64,000 nt of DNA from an uncultured virus (IMG/VR IMGVR_UViG_3300005526_000009) (IMGVR_UViG_3300005526_000009); one strand, 5' to 3'. Positions 28,856 to 38,794 are shown, counted from the first letter of the stretch. Notes: a model not told the origin generated them from the letters alone. Made by a program: numbers and translations.

Positions 28856-29476
28856 CTATTTCTTTAATTTGTTTTTATTTTTATTCCTTTTATAGCCATT
28901 ACATTTTACACATAAAAAACCATCTTTATATTTATACCAAATTGGCTGTTTTCCATCTTTTCGCATAAAAGTTTTATCTGAATTACAGTTTAAGCAAATC
29001 CTATTAATGGTTTTCTTAATAATTATTTTTTTGGGTTTTGGTTGTCTCTTTGGTTTAAATTGTTTTCCATTATTATTACATCTATTACAAATGTAATTAT
29101 CTTTAAATCTATGCCAATATGGATAATTAGTCTTTTTATTTGCATAAGTTTCTTTTGAATTACATAATAAACAAATTGTATTAGAATGGTCTTTTCTTTT
29201 ATAGATTCTTTCATTGTTTGTTATCGTTGAATGTTTTGAATGGGTTAATAATTGTAGGTTTTCAATTCTGTTATCTGATCTGTTTCCGTTTATATGGTGT
29301 ATTGCTTCATTTTTGGTTAAGTATCTACCTAAATGCTTTTCCATTACATATCTATGTTCTCTTATATATCCTCTTTTTGTGGCATAAGGATGATCATAAA
29401 CCCTTATTAATTTATATCCTCTTTCATAACAAATACCGTTTTTCCAATTACCATTTTTTGAACCTATATTAACCAA
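28856..29476 (-). CDS. HNH homing endonuclease with two C-terminal Zn fingers
   Basis: NWKNG, HPYA, EHRYVMEKHLGRYL...HHINGNRSDNRIENL. Confidence 0.88.
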   Translation of the reverse strand: MVNIGSKNGNWKNGICYERGYKLIRVYDHPYATKRGYIREHRYVMEKHLGRYLTKNEAIHHINGNRSDNRIENLQLLTHSKHSTITNNERIYKRKDHSNTICLLCNSKETYANKKTNYPYWHRFKDNYICNRCNNNGKQFKPKRQPKPKKIIIKKTINRICLNCNSDKTFMRKDGKQPIWYKYKDGFLCVKCNGYKRNKNKNKLKK

Positions 29477-29510
29477 TAAATAAATAAACCCAAATAAAAT
29501 ATAAAAGTGT

Positions 29511-29747
29511 TTACATTATTAGATTATTTATATAAATTATGTGTTTACATGAACCGACTATGTGGCCCCGATATGTAAAATCATTACAACTACAAGATAC
29601 AGCCAAACCATTAATATCTAGGTTAATAAGGTAATCACCTTTTTTGGACATACTCTTGACTTTAACATGTCTTTGGTCTATGGTTGTTATTTCATAATTG
29701 CAAATGTTCATTATTGTTGCCGAATCTTGTCGGTTCATTTTAATCAT
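29511..29747 (-). CDS. SWIM Zn-finger protein
   Basis: CSCNDF...CKHI. Confidence 0.75.
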   Translation of the reverse strand: MIKMNRQDSATIMNICNYEITTIDQRHVKVKSMSKKGDYLINLDINGLAVSCSCNDFTYRGHIVGSCKHIIYINNLIM

Positions 29748-29945
29748 TATCCTTTATTATTATAAAGTTTGACCTTTTCAATAGGCCAAACAGTATTATT
29801 TCCTTTAGTGAAAACTCTTTCTTGTTTGCCATTTTAATCAATCCATTTGTTTATTCTACAGTCTACACAATACCAGCTTTTAGACCCTTCATAATATTCC
29901 ATATCCTCAAAACACAATTCACACTTAACCATTTTAATCAATCTC

Positions 29946-30236
29946 CTAGTTTTTTAGATAGATGAATGTCCTTTTGTGAAAGTAAACCCTGTATCCACTT
30001 TTAACGTCTCTCTGTCTGTCAATCTCATAACCATTGTTTTCAAGATATTCGAATATTGTAGGTTCACTGGATTTTATGACATTGCCATACATCCTACTAT
30101 CTGGTTTTCTATCTTGTGATATTGCTACCCCTTTATCAAAATTGACTTCCCATAATTCAGGTGTTTCAGTTATGAGTATGTATTCTATACCATTCATTTT
30201 CTTGTTGTTTGTTTCAACATTATTTATTATGTTCAT
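29946..30236 (-). CDS. Hypothetical protein
   Basis: Preceded by the shared promoter motif. Confidence 0.6.
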   Translation of the reverse strand: MNIINNVETNNKKMNGIEYILITETPELWEVNFDKGVAISQDRKPDSRMYGNVIKSSEPTIFEYLENNGYEIDRQRDVKSGYRVYFHKRTFIYLKN

Positions 30237-30260
30237 TTGTGCAATGGTATTTCTTACATC

Positions 30261-30281
30261 TATATATATAGGGTTCGTAAC
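30261..30281 (-). promoter_or_regulatory. Promoter, motif GTTACGAACCCTATATATA
   Basis: ~25 nt before ATG 30236. Confidence 0.65.
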
Positions 30282-30771
30282 ATTGTTCTATTTCTTTGTT
30301 ATGACAAACAAAGAAATATTCTATGTCTTTTATTTTTTGGGATTTGACTAAGTTTTTATTGAATTGTGCTTAATCTGTGCTTAAATGACACAAATAAAAA
30401 CATCGTGGTATGTAGAAACAGATGAAAAAGGGATAGAATTGAAAACCAGTGAAACAAACACCGAGACAAATATCAAAGAGATAGTTTTTGAGATATTGAA
30501 AACACTTGAGAAGATGAACCTAAAACCCAAATCCATAGATATAAAAGTCTAATTTCAATTATTTTTTTAGTAACAGTTTTCAGGATATTGTTGCGTCATT
30601 ACAAAATGTCCTGATTATTTTATCATAGTTTTTTAATTATTATTGTTTTTGTATATTCCAAACAATCTTGATCAACATCTGAATTATATGGTTATTGTGC
30701 ATTGTTGACAATCCGCAACAACGTTTATTTTATTCATGTGTTTTCAAGAGAGATCGGATCCTTCAAAAATT

Positions 30772-30866
30772 GACCCCCCTACCGGATATGCGATGCCGGC
30801 AAAGACCCCCTACTTAGTATGCGATGCCGGCAAGAGGAGGAGGGCTACCGGATATGCGATGTGGGC
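30772..30866. repeat. Three imperfect ~31-35 bp GC-rich repeats with core TATGCGATG
   Basis: Cores at 30787, 30818, 30853; flanked by A/T tracts. Confidence 0.8.
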
Positions 30867-30892
30867 TGAAACCAAAAATATTTTTAAAATTT

Positions 30893-31348
30893 TTATTTTA
30901 ATTTTTCAAAAATTTCTGAATTTTTAGTTTTGAAAACAATTGCCCTATCAATAAAATCACTAAACTCCTGAAAGTCATCCACATCCTGTTGACATTCCGC
31001 ACCAATACCGCTTTCATATACCTTTACGTTTTCAAGATATGACACACATGCGTGTAGTGGCAGTGTGCATTTCATTTTGTTGCGCACTGTTGGTGGTTCA
31101 TGCACATAACCAAACTTATCCCTATTCTTCATGATATACTGTTCAAGTGATTTTAACTGCTCATTGGTAATGACTTCCCATGTTGGGTGTTTATTATTGT
31201 TGTTGTTGTTAACGGTCCCACACTCAAAGTATTCCTGTTCTGCTTCTGTGAGTGATTGGTGATCACAGTCCACCTTCTCTTTGTTCTCAAATATGTCAGA
31301 AGCAAGGAATGATATCCTGTTCAGTATCTTGTTTATGATGTTAATCAT
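30893..31348 (-). CDS. Hypothetical protein
   Basis: ORF coupled to the upstream gene. Confidence 0.55.
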   Translation of the reverse strand: MINIINKILNRISFLASDIFENKEKVDCDHQSLTEAEQEYFECGTVNNNNNNKHPTWEVITNEQLKSLEQYIMKNRDKFGYVHEPPTVRNKMKCTLPLHACVSYLENVKVYESGIGAECQQDVDDFQEFSDFIDRAIVFKTKNSEIFEKLK

Positions 31349-32055
31349 TATTGTTTCATCAGCTTCTTTCTTACTTGGAGGGAAGAACCCAACACTGTCT
31401 GTTTTACCAAATGGTTTATGAAGTCTGCATCCTGAAACATCTTAAGGACCGATTCGGAAAGGTGTGTTGCGGGTTGTTTGCCCTGTGCCAGCATGTATTG
31501 GTTGTATAACTCTAACGTGTTCATGCACCAGTTTGGGTGCTTGAACTGGATGTATCGCTCAAGCTCATATTCTATAATGAGGGGGCCTGCTGCTGTGTAA
31601 ACACGCCTGAATTCCTCGGCTATCTTGCCTTCCCTTCTTTGCAGGTATTTGAGCTTGTCCCTGCCCTTTTGTGTCAGACTAATGCCATACTCGGTAATCT
31701 CCCAGCATTCCCTATTTGAGACCGTGGGATCACGCAAGCACTTTTGCAGTATGGGTGACTCTGGAAGTTCTGCACCCTTTCTGAAATGGTATAGTTTCTT
31801 TCTGAACTTTGAGTATTCCCTGGATTCTGTGAGCAAGAAGAAGAATATATACAGCATTTTTTCTGTCATTACCAGGCCAATGGGTTTTACACCCAGCATT
31901 ACTATGATGTGGTTTTCTATTTCTGCGTTCATTGATTTATGGAGGAAGTTGGTGCGGGATTGTATATATGTTTTGTCAAAGCACAATCCGGCCTTTCCCA
32001 AAACGGTGACAAAGGCCCTGAAATGGGACAAAGGCGGCATTCTGGAATCAGACAA
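31348..32055 (-). CDS. Hypothetical protein, possible winged-helix element
   Basis: Long ORF with ISLTQKGR wing-like motif. Confidence 0.6.
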   Translation of the reverse strand: MSDSRMPPLSHFRAFVTVLGKAGLCFDKTYIQSRTNFLHKSMNAEIENHIIVMLGVKPIGLVMTEKMLYIFFFLLTESREYSKFRKKLYHFRKGAELPESPILQKCLRDPTVSNRECWEITEYGISLTQKGRDKLKYLQRREGKIAEEFRRVYTAAGPLIIEYELERYIQFKHPNWCMNTLELYNQYMLAQGKQPATHLSESVLKMFQDADFINHLVKQTVLGSSLQVRKKLMKQ

Positions 32056-32274
32056 TCCCCCAAAATTTCAAAATGGCACAAAGGGGCTGTTTTGAAAATA
32101 TGATACAATAGGGGTTTTTGGATTGTATCCATCTCCCTATTGTCACAGAAGGTCAGATCTCCGACGCCAGTTAGACCAGAGACAAATGGCACATCAACCC
32201 TGGATACAACGACTGGCATTGCCAGGGATTCGCCATATATATGTCTGCTAACATGGAGTGTTATGTAAAAGCGG

Positions 32275-32535
32275 TTATTTATTGTTATCGAATATCTTTT
32301 CCTTCATGTCGGGTGTCATGCATGCACCGCTTATGTTTTCCAGTGTTTCGAGAATGATGCCCCTGTTTATGCTTTGGTTGCCTGAAATGTTTAGCTGCCC
32401 ATGCTGCAAGTCCTTTACTTCCCCCTGCAAGTCCTTTATTTCCAAGTTGTTTATGAAACTCTGTCCCGTAAACACGGCTGTCATAATAAGAAGGAATATC
32501 ATTGCGAAATCCTTCACACCGTTTAACTTTACCAT
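32275..32535 (-). CDS. Membrane-anchored coiled-coil protein
   Basis: TM helix followed by heptads. Confidence 0.5.
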   Translation of the reverse strand: MVKLNGVKDFAMIFLLIMTAVFTGQSFINNLEIKDLQGEVKDLQHGQLNISGNQSINRGIILETLENISGACMTPDMKEKIFDNNK

Positions 32536-32757
32536 TGTTCTAGTATAGGGGTCAGTCGGTTATAATCATTTGTGGGGAAAAAGCAAGTGATATATTGATG
32601 GTGCGCAGAGATGTAAATACAATATGAACAAAACACAAAGTGAAGCAATAATACAAATGCTTATTGATATACATGCTGACCTGAAATACATGATTGTGGA
32701 TGGACGTGACTCAAAGATAAAGGTCAGAATTGAGTTTGAGATGCCAAAAACAGTATT

Positions 32758-32988
32758 ATGGGGTGCTGTGTAAAAATGCCAGAGATAAGGCTCTATGACA
32801 GGGATGCCGCACCAACATCCGCAGAGACGTTTGACATACCACCTGGATGGGTGTTTGACAATGCACAGGTAAGGCCAACTGAGATATGTTTCTTTTTCAA
32901 GGAATGGGAAGAGGACTACAAAAAATCATTCTCATGGAGGTCAGTGTGCTTTAAGCGTGAAACCACACCATACAAGAGGTTTGTGTAA
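32758..32988 (+). CDS. Hypothetical protein
   Basis: Packed ORF. Confidence 0.5.
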   Translation: MGCCVKMPEIRLYDRDAAPTSAETFDIPPGWVFDNAQVRPTEICFFFKEWEEDYKKSFSWRSVCFKRETTPYKRFV

Positions 32989-32994
32989 TAACAA

Positions 32995-33363
32995 ATGGTA
33001 GTTTCCCACTTTAACCTGATGTATCTGATTTTGGACTTGCTGTATTGCTGGGACAACAAGCTGATGCATAGGGTTGAATACAGGTGGAAGGCTGACATGG
33101 TTAGGGGGTTTGGTGCGATAACTGAGCAGTGCATAGAAAACTACACGGCATTTAGCCAGAATGAAGTTGTCAACATGCTGGTTATATTGGCTACAAACCA
33201 GTTGGTGAAATATGATGAAGGGAAATACTGCATAACAATGAAGGGTGAGTATGAGTATCTCAAGATTTCGCACCAGTTCTGGATAAGACAGGAGTTGGAA
33301 GGGTATAAAAGCCAGGTAACAGATATGATGAGATATGTCGAACAAGAAGACTATAATGGTTGA
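32995..33363 (+). CDS. Winged-helix domain protein
   Basis: L...LVKYDEGKYCITMKGEY, typical archaeal wHTH wing. Confidence 0.6.
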   Translation: MVVSHFNLMYLILDLLYCWDNKLMHRVEYRWKADMVRGFGAITEQCIENYTAFSQNEVVNMLVILATNQLVKYDEGKYCITMKGEYEYLKISHQFWIRQELEGYKSQVTDMMRYVEQEDYNG

Positions 33364-33515
33364 GTCAACAAAGCTGGAGGAAGCAACAGCGGAGTTGGAC
33401 AGGAGGGTAAGGAGGTTTAGGTATCGTTTGCTGTCAAGAAACATTATACACTTGCCACGTGGTGGTTTCAGGGTTGTTGCGGAAGTTGAGGATTTAATAA
33501 AAGAGTGAAAAAATC

Positions 33516-34040
33516 ATGAACCGTATTAAGTTGTGTGAATGTGGGTGTGGTAAAGTCACCAATATTCATAGGGGAAAATATAATAGATTTATTTATGGTC
33601 ATGCCACTAAGGGTAAAAAATTCACAAGATTAAAACCTAATAATTGGAAAGGGGGTATATCATGGGCTAATGGATATTTAAAAATACATAGACCAAAACA
33701 TCATTTTGCTGATAAGCATGGTTATATTAGACTTCATAGATTCGTTTATGAATACTTTCATAAATGTTGTTTACTACCTTGGGGTGAAATTCATCACATC
33801 AATGGAATAAAAACAGATAATCATAAACATAACATCATTCTAATATCAAAAACAAATCATTTAAAAATACATAAAATTAAAGATATGAGTTTAAGAATAT
33901 GTGTTCTATGTGGTTCTGATAAAACATATGTTGATAAAAGGGGTTATCAATTCTGGTCAGTATATAATATTACTTGCTTTATATGCTCAAAATGTAATCA
34001 AATGAAAGAATATTGGTTAAAAAAGTTAGTAGTAGAATAA
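33516..34040 (+). CDS. HNH homing endonuclease
   Basis: CECGCG...FIYGH, NWKGG, LHRFVYE...IHHINGIKTDN; C-terminal Zn finger. Confidence 0.88.
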   Translation: MNRIKLCECGCGKVTNIHRGKYNRFIYGHATKGKKFTRLKPNNWKGGISWANGYLKIHRPKHHFADKHGYIRLHRFVYEYFHKCCLLPWGEIHHINGIKTDNHKHNIILISKTNHLKIHKIKDMSLRICVLCGSDKTYVDKRGYQFWSVYNITCFICSKCNQMKEYWLKKLVVE

Positions 34041-34955
34041 AGGACTTTTCAGGTTCCTGCATCTTTCATCATTTTCCTTTTTACACAATCCCTCATTTTC
34101 AACCTTACTGCAATTGTGAACGTAATAGGTTGACAGTTTCTTCAGGTTGCTTGTTGTTATCCTCTCGTTGTAGTCTGAGAGTTGTTTGTATATGTCTATT
34201 ATGTATTCAAGGTCAAAGCCCCTTTTCTGCATGAATATCCCTAACAATATGCGTTCAGAGTGGATGAGGTGGTGCGTGGTCTTTAACTTCTCCAGTATGT
34301 ATGTTATGCATGGTGGTAACACTTTGTTGTCTACCTCCAGTTTTCTGCTCTGCGGCAGCTTGTGCTTTACCCTTATGCGGAGCAGTTCATTGTTGTATTC
34401 CTCACCAAAGTCAATGTGGTCAACAGGCTTCATGTTTTTTATCCTTTCCAGTATGAGAAGTTCAAGTTTGGTGCGCAGTATCCTTGCGAACATGTGGTTT
34501 GTCACAGACACAACACCCTTCTTTAGGTTTTGGTTGACCAGCTTGAACTCTTGATCTATTAAACCCCTGTATAGTTGCAAATAGCGTGGTGGTGACATGT
34601 GGACATGGCCATTCATAAAAACATAATCATCAATGGACAGCCCAAAAAAGTCAAGAACCTCATCCCTTGCTGTCTTGCTTGTGTTGATGTCCTGCTCAAA
34701 AAAGTATTGAAACCTCTTCACAAAGTTCGCAACAAACCTCTTGGAGATATACAGTTCTGATATTTTCTTTAGGATGATAAGGCAGTTTATGAATATGTTG
34801 ACATCCATCCTGTCAAAGTTTATTGTTAAAATGGGATTTGGTGACTCCAGATTCCGCACCAAAAATGCAAATGATGACTTTATGTATTGTATATCTGTGG
34901 ATGGGTCAACATACTGTTTTGCGTCATTGAGGAATGGGTAACGACTGTATATCAT
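34026..34955 (-). CDS. priL: Archaeal-type DNA primase large subunit
   Basis: RYPFLNDAK, KLVNQNLKKGVV, LPPCI, HSERILL, DYNERIT, Y...C......LC.....C...PL.YY (Fe-S cysteines). Confidence 0.85.
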   Translation of the reverse strand: MIYSRYPFLNDAKQYVDPSTDIQYIKSSFAFLVRNLESPNPILTINFDRMDVNIFINCLIILKKISELYISKRFVANFVKRFQYFFEQDINTSKTARDEVLDFFGLSIDDYVFMNGHVHMSPPRYLQLYRGLIDQEFKLVNQNLKKGVVSVTNHMFARILRTKLELLILERIKNMKPVDHIDFGEEYNNELLRIRVKHKLPQSRKLEVDNKVLPPCITYILEKLKTTHHLIHSERILLGIFMQKRGFDLEYIIDIYKQLSDYNERITTSNLKKLSTYYVHNCSKVENEGLCKKENDERCRNLKSPLFYY

Positions 34956-35260
34956 ATCTCACCAAAATACTTGCCACAGTCAGAACACACCTTATACCAA
35001 TACTCGGTATAGTGATCACCACCCTTTCTTGTTGTTTTATCCTTGTGTTCACACCTTGACTGCAATATATAGTCCTTCTCATTCTTCAGGGATCTCATTT
35101 CATTGGATATGTCTCTGGTCTTATTATTCCAGGGTATCATAATCCTCAACAGGTTTGCTTCATGCTGTTCCCTGAGATCATTTCTTTTCTTTTTTATCTT
35201 CTCATATTTTTTGTCCAATGATTCAAGTTTCCTGTCTATCTCAACAACCCGGTCCTTCAT
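34952..35260 (-). CDS. Coiled-coil plus Zn-binding protein
   Basis: CEH...CSDCG. Confidence 0.6.
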   Translation of the reverse strand: MKDRVVEIDRKLESLDKKYEKIKKKRNDLREQHEANLLRIMIPWNNKTRDISNEMRSLKNEKDYILQSRCEHKDKTTRKGGDHYTEYWYKVCSDCGKYFGEI

Positions 35261-35724
35261 TGTGGTGTTACCTCACCCAATCTGATACTGCTTAGCATAA
35301 TGGTCTCCAATGCGTCCTTATACTGTTGTATCTTCTTGGTGTTTGTTGGGTCAATTGTTGCGAGATTGTGCCTGATATCAGACTGCTTAACATATCTTGC
35401 CAGTTGGTTTTCACATATTAGATCAATATAGTCCTTGTAGGAGAACCCATCAACCTTTGTGAGTGTTGTTATCACATTGAGTATTTCCCTGCCAAACAAA
35501 TCCTCAATCACGTTCACGTGATACTCATAGTGATCAGGATCATCCTCCAGCACATCATGTAACACCGCAACAATCTTTGCGTCATACGAATCCACATTCA
35601 GCATGACTGTCAACGGATGTGTGATGTATGGTGTGACACCATCGTTGCGGAATTGTCCCTCATGTGCCTTCCATGCAATGGTTATGGCATCCAACAACTG
35701 ATAATACTGTTCATTCATCATCAA
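35257..35724 (-). CDS. HD-domain hydrolase, RelA/SpoT-hydrolase (MESH1/SAH)-like
   Basis: AHEGQFR..G.PYITHP, AVLHDVLED, LTK, VKQSDIRHNL. Confidence 0.88.
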   Translation of the reverse strand: MMMNEQYYQLLDAITIAWKAHEGQFRNDGVTPYITHPLTVMLNVDSYDAKIVAVLHDVLEDDPDHYEYHVNVIEDLFGREILNVITTLTKVDGFSYKDYIDLICENQLARYVKQSDIRHNLATIDPTNTKKIQQYKDALETIMLSSIRLGEVTPQ

Positions 35725-35756
35725 TGGAGTGAGGATGGAGAGGTATTAAAACCTAG

Positions 35757-36053
35757 TCATTTTAGCTCTGACACAGGCTTTACAAATATCTCCAGAAACT
35801 CCACATCACTCCTGTATATGAGCAGAAATACCTCGGCAAGCAACTCATATTTATCCAACGTGGTTCCATCAAGTGATGTGAATATCATTTCCTCAATGTC
35901 GATATAAAGTGGATGTCTTAATACATGATTGTTGAATGTTCTTTCAAGGTGCTGGAACATTATATCCTGTGTCTTATATGTCCACAGGTGTTTTGAGAAC
36001 ACATTGCATATTTTTAGGTAGATGAACTCTTTTGTCCTGTCGTTGAGAACCAT
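35757..36053 (-). CDS. Hypothetical protein
   Basis: Packed ORF. Confidence 0.5.
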   Translation of the reverse strand: MVLNDRTKEFIYLKICNVFSKHLWTYKTQDIMFQHLERTFNNHVLRHPLYIDIEEMIFTSLDGTTLDKYELLAEVFLLIYRSDVEFLEIFVKPVSELK

Positions 36054-36059
36054 TTCCTG

Positions 36060-36341
36060 TTAGCACCCGCTTTCAATATAGTTGCCTGTTGCCCTGGCCC
36101 TGTCCAAATCCTCCGGTGAGATGTTGGTTTGTGCTTTGGGTGGTGTCATGAATGTCTTGTTTGTTGACAAAAGCTGTGACCCAATGACGGGGACTATCTC
36201 AATTTCCTCATATGTTATGAGTGTCTTGTCACCATATGTCTTTATCTCAATCAGGTTCTCCTTTGGGATTGCCCTGATGAACTCATTGATTTCACTTTCC
36301 AGGTTATCTGTGTTGTTGATTACCTTGACTTTTAATACCAT
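36060..36341 (-). CDS. Small alpha/beta protein (family B)
   Basis: KVKVI...LESEINEF...LITYE. Confidence 0.55.
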   Translation of the reverse strand: MVLKVKVINNTDNLESEINEFIRAIPKENLIEIKTYGDKTLITYEEIEIVPVIGSQLLSTNKTFMTPPKAQTNISPEDLDRARATGNYIESGC

Positions 36342-36347
36342 TATGTA

Positions 36348-36626
36348 TTAGTTAGTAAAGTCCGATATTTGCATGTTTTGGTCAAACTCATACTCGATAT
36401 AGAAGAAGTCTGCCTTCTTGAACTGTTTTACATTGTTGCCCTCTATTATTGTGATGTAGTGGTCATCGTTGAGGATTGATGTGGCGTTTGGTGCGGACTT
36501 GTAGGTGCAAACATAGTTGTGGAGTGTCACTGAAAGGAGCTTGCCCTCAACAGGACGGACAGACTGCTCACTGTCCTTGAACCTCAGTTTGGATAGTGTG
36601 TAATCCATCATTTTAATAACTAGCAC
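36348..36626 (-). CDS. Hypothetical protein
   Basis: Packed ORF. Confidence 0.5.
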   Translation of the reverse strand: MLVIKMMDYTLSKLRFKDSEQSVRPVEGKLLSVTLHNYVCTYKSAPNATSILNDDHYITIIEGNNVKQFKKADFFYIEYEFDQNMQISDFTN

Positions 36627-37546
36627 CAGCCGAATATACCAGTAGTGGCATCATAGCTGTAGCCAAAGTATCGCAATGCATATAGCTTGAACGTCTTTGC
36701 GGTTGTGTTGGTGGTCTTTACCCCAGCCCTGAACACAGAGTCGGAGTTTGTTGCGGCACTTATGGATGGCAGATTAGATGTATGAATGACCTCCAAACCA
36801 GCACCGTTCTTTGCTATGACCTTGGATGATGGGTAGTAGTCAAACCTAAGACCATATGGGACTGACTGCACAACGTTGGTCAGGTAATCAGTCTGCCTTA
36901 CCGTTCCGTCAGCGGTGAATACTCCTATGGATGTGTTTGTTGCGGAACAATGCTCAAAGCCTATCTGTGATGCCGCACCAGCGGCGTTCTCAACCGTTGT
37001 GGTTCCAGTTCCTATCTTAAGTAATGCGCCAACGTTGTGGGACATGCCATACTTCAACTGCATTGTCATGGGTGAGCCAAAGGACAGGCGGCCACCACCC
37101 CTCATGACATTCACATAGTCATTGGCTGCCGTGTCGGTTAGGAACTTGGTATACATCTGGTTTGAGTTGGCTTCTGTTGCGAGAACTCCAACGCCGGAGA
37201 ATGTTTTCATATGAAAATCATTCTCACCAACACCATCAGAGCCGTCAAACCCAATGACGTTCTTGGCGTTTGCCATCATGATATCATAGAGGGAACTGCC
37301 CTCCGCAGAAGAGGAATGGTTGTGGATGCGGAACATGTCATACACCGTTCCGTCATCACCTGTCATGTAGAAGTGTCCCTTGTAGAATCCCGCACCATCG
37401 GCCAAACACAACACGTTTATGGGCTTTGTTGCAAAGTCCCACGTTCCCATCTGTGTGCCGGTCATTCTGGCAATCATTCTCTGGTTTAGTTCCGGGACTG
37501 AAAACGTTATGGTGTCAGTCTGTATGGGTTGCGCTAAGTTTACCAT
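36620..37546 (-). CDS. Putative minor tail / receptor-binding protein (probable ATG 37546)
   Basis: HNHS motif; C-terminal domain LPS...GV..T....K...LY resembles the fibre C-termini at 4.5-10.3 kb. Confidence 0.6.
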   Translation of the reverse strand: MVNLAQPIQTDTITFSVPELNQRMIARMTGTQMGTWDFATKPINVLCLADGAGFYKGHFYMTGDDGTVYDMFRIHNHSSSAEGSSLYDIMMANAKNVIGFDGSDGVGENDFHMKTFSGVGVLATEANSNQMYTKFLTDTAANDYVNVMRGGGRLSFGSPMTMQLKYGMSHNVGALLKIGTGTTTVENAAGAASQIGFEHCSATNTSIGVFTADGTVRQTDYLTNVVQSVPYGLRFDYYPSSKVIAKNGAGLEVIHTSNLPSISAATNSDSVFRAGVKTTNTTAKTFKLYALRYFGYSYDATTGIFGWC

Positions 37547-38122
37547 TACAGTAACATACAATACGGAAAGATATAAAAAGTAATGGCTCGTATACAATAT
37601 TACACATTTACATCCCTCTATTTGCCCCCTTAACAGGAATGACATGAGATTTGGCTGTTATGAGCAGCCACTTCGATTTATTTATATATAATGATATTAA
37701 ATTATCATTATCATGGGGAGTAGGCAGTATTGGACGTAAAAATATCCTACTGGCTCACTCATGGTGATACTCCATGCTGATCTATATATTGTTTGGTTAA
37801 TATTTCATTACATTCATCACAAAGATCATTATGTTCCCTTATAATTGGATCATAGTCATTCTCCAGTATACCAGTGTTGCACCTGTTGCAATACCTTAAC
37901 TTAATCATCGGTTTCTTATCCTCTCCGCAAGCTCCTGCGCCCTAGTCTTTAATTCATCCTCACCCATCGGTTCGTTGTTATTATGATATAATATCCACAA
38001 CATGCATTTCTTGAGCAGATCTATCTCATCTTTATATGAAAAGTTTGGTTCCTCCATATTCATCATATGGTGGTTGGTGTCGGTTATATTTGTTTACTTG
38101 GTTTTGTAGGATATTTGAAATA

Positions 38123-38794
38123 TCATTCACTAACTGACCTAAAATCTATGACATGCACGTGTAAATATACAGTTTTATATTGTATATGGCTGACATACTG
38201 CGCACTGTTGGTAATGCGGTTTCTCCAAAACAACACATGGTCTGGACTGGATGGATCACCAACATTTGATGAGCCGAATTCCACTATGGTGGCGGTGGGC
38301 AGTGATGTTGGGAACTTTGTCCCCTGCACAAGTGTTGTCCCACGTGCAAAGAACCACCCCTGCTGGTCTATGGCAATGCGGGCATTCTCGTTTTCCAACT
38401 TCTGTGAATACATGGTGGGCTTGACGGTGTTGCCGGTTCCTGACATCATCCACAGAAAGCGTGTGGTTTCCTCACCGGTTATGTTCTGGTTGCAGAGTGT
38501 GATACCATCAACAGTAAGTGAGTTCATGTCCACGGAGACATGGCGTGGTGCGTAGTTTCGTTGGTAACGCCTGTCCTCATACTGGTCTATCATTGACCCG
38601 ACAAATAGTTCATAGTATTTTGAGTTGGCCTTTTCCCTTCCAATCTCTTCAAACACCTTTTCCAGATATGGTAAATACTCAATGTCCCAGGCGGCAGAGA
38701 GGCCCACACCTGTTGCGGGCTGTTCCTGTCTGGTGATTATCTTCTTTAGTATAGTGGATGCCGCTTTTTGCATGTTAATAACTATGGGTATCAT
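38123..38794 (-). CDS. Putative minor tail protein
   Basis: N..T..G...GTG...L..E..R...E.G pattern of distal tail proteins; downstream of the tape measure gene. Confidence 0.5.
   Translation of the reverse strand: MIPIVINMQKAASTILKKIITRQEQPATGVGLSAAWDIEYLPYLEKVFEEIGREKANSKYYELFVGSMIDQYEDRRYQRNYAPRHVSVDMNSLTVDGITLCNQNITGEETTRFLWMMSGTGNTVKPTMYSQKLENENARIAIDQQGWFFARGTTLVQGTKFPTSLPTATIVEFGSSNVGDPSSPDHVLFWRNRITNSAQYVSHIQYKTVYLHVHVIDFRSVSE

Noticed and set aside
32160..32230. Pseudoknot-like pairings (gccagt/actggc, ccctgg/ccaggg) resembling an HDV-like ribozyme
   Set aside because: The segment that should form P3/L3 is too short and lacks the conserved loop; two 6-bp helices can occur by chance.
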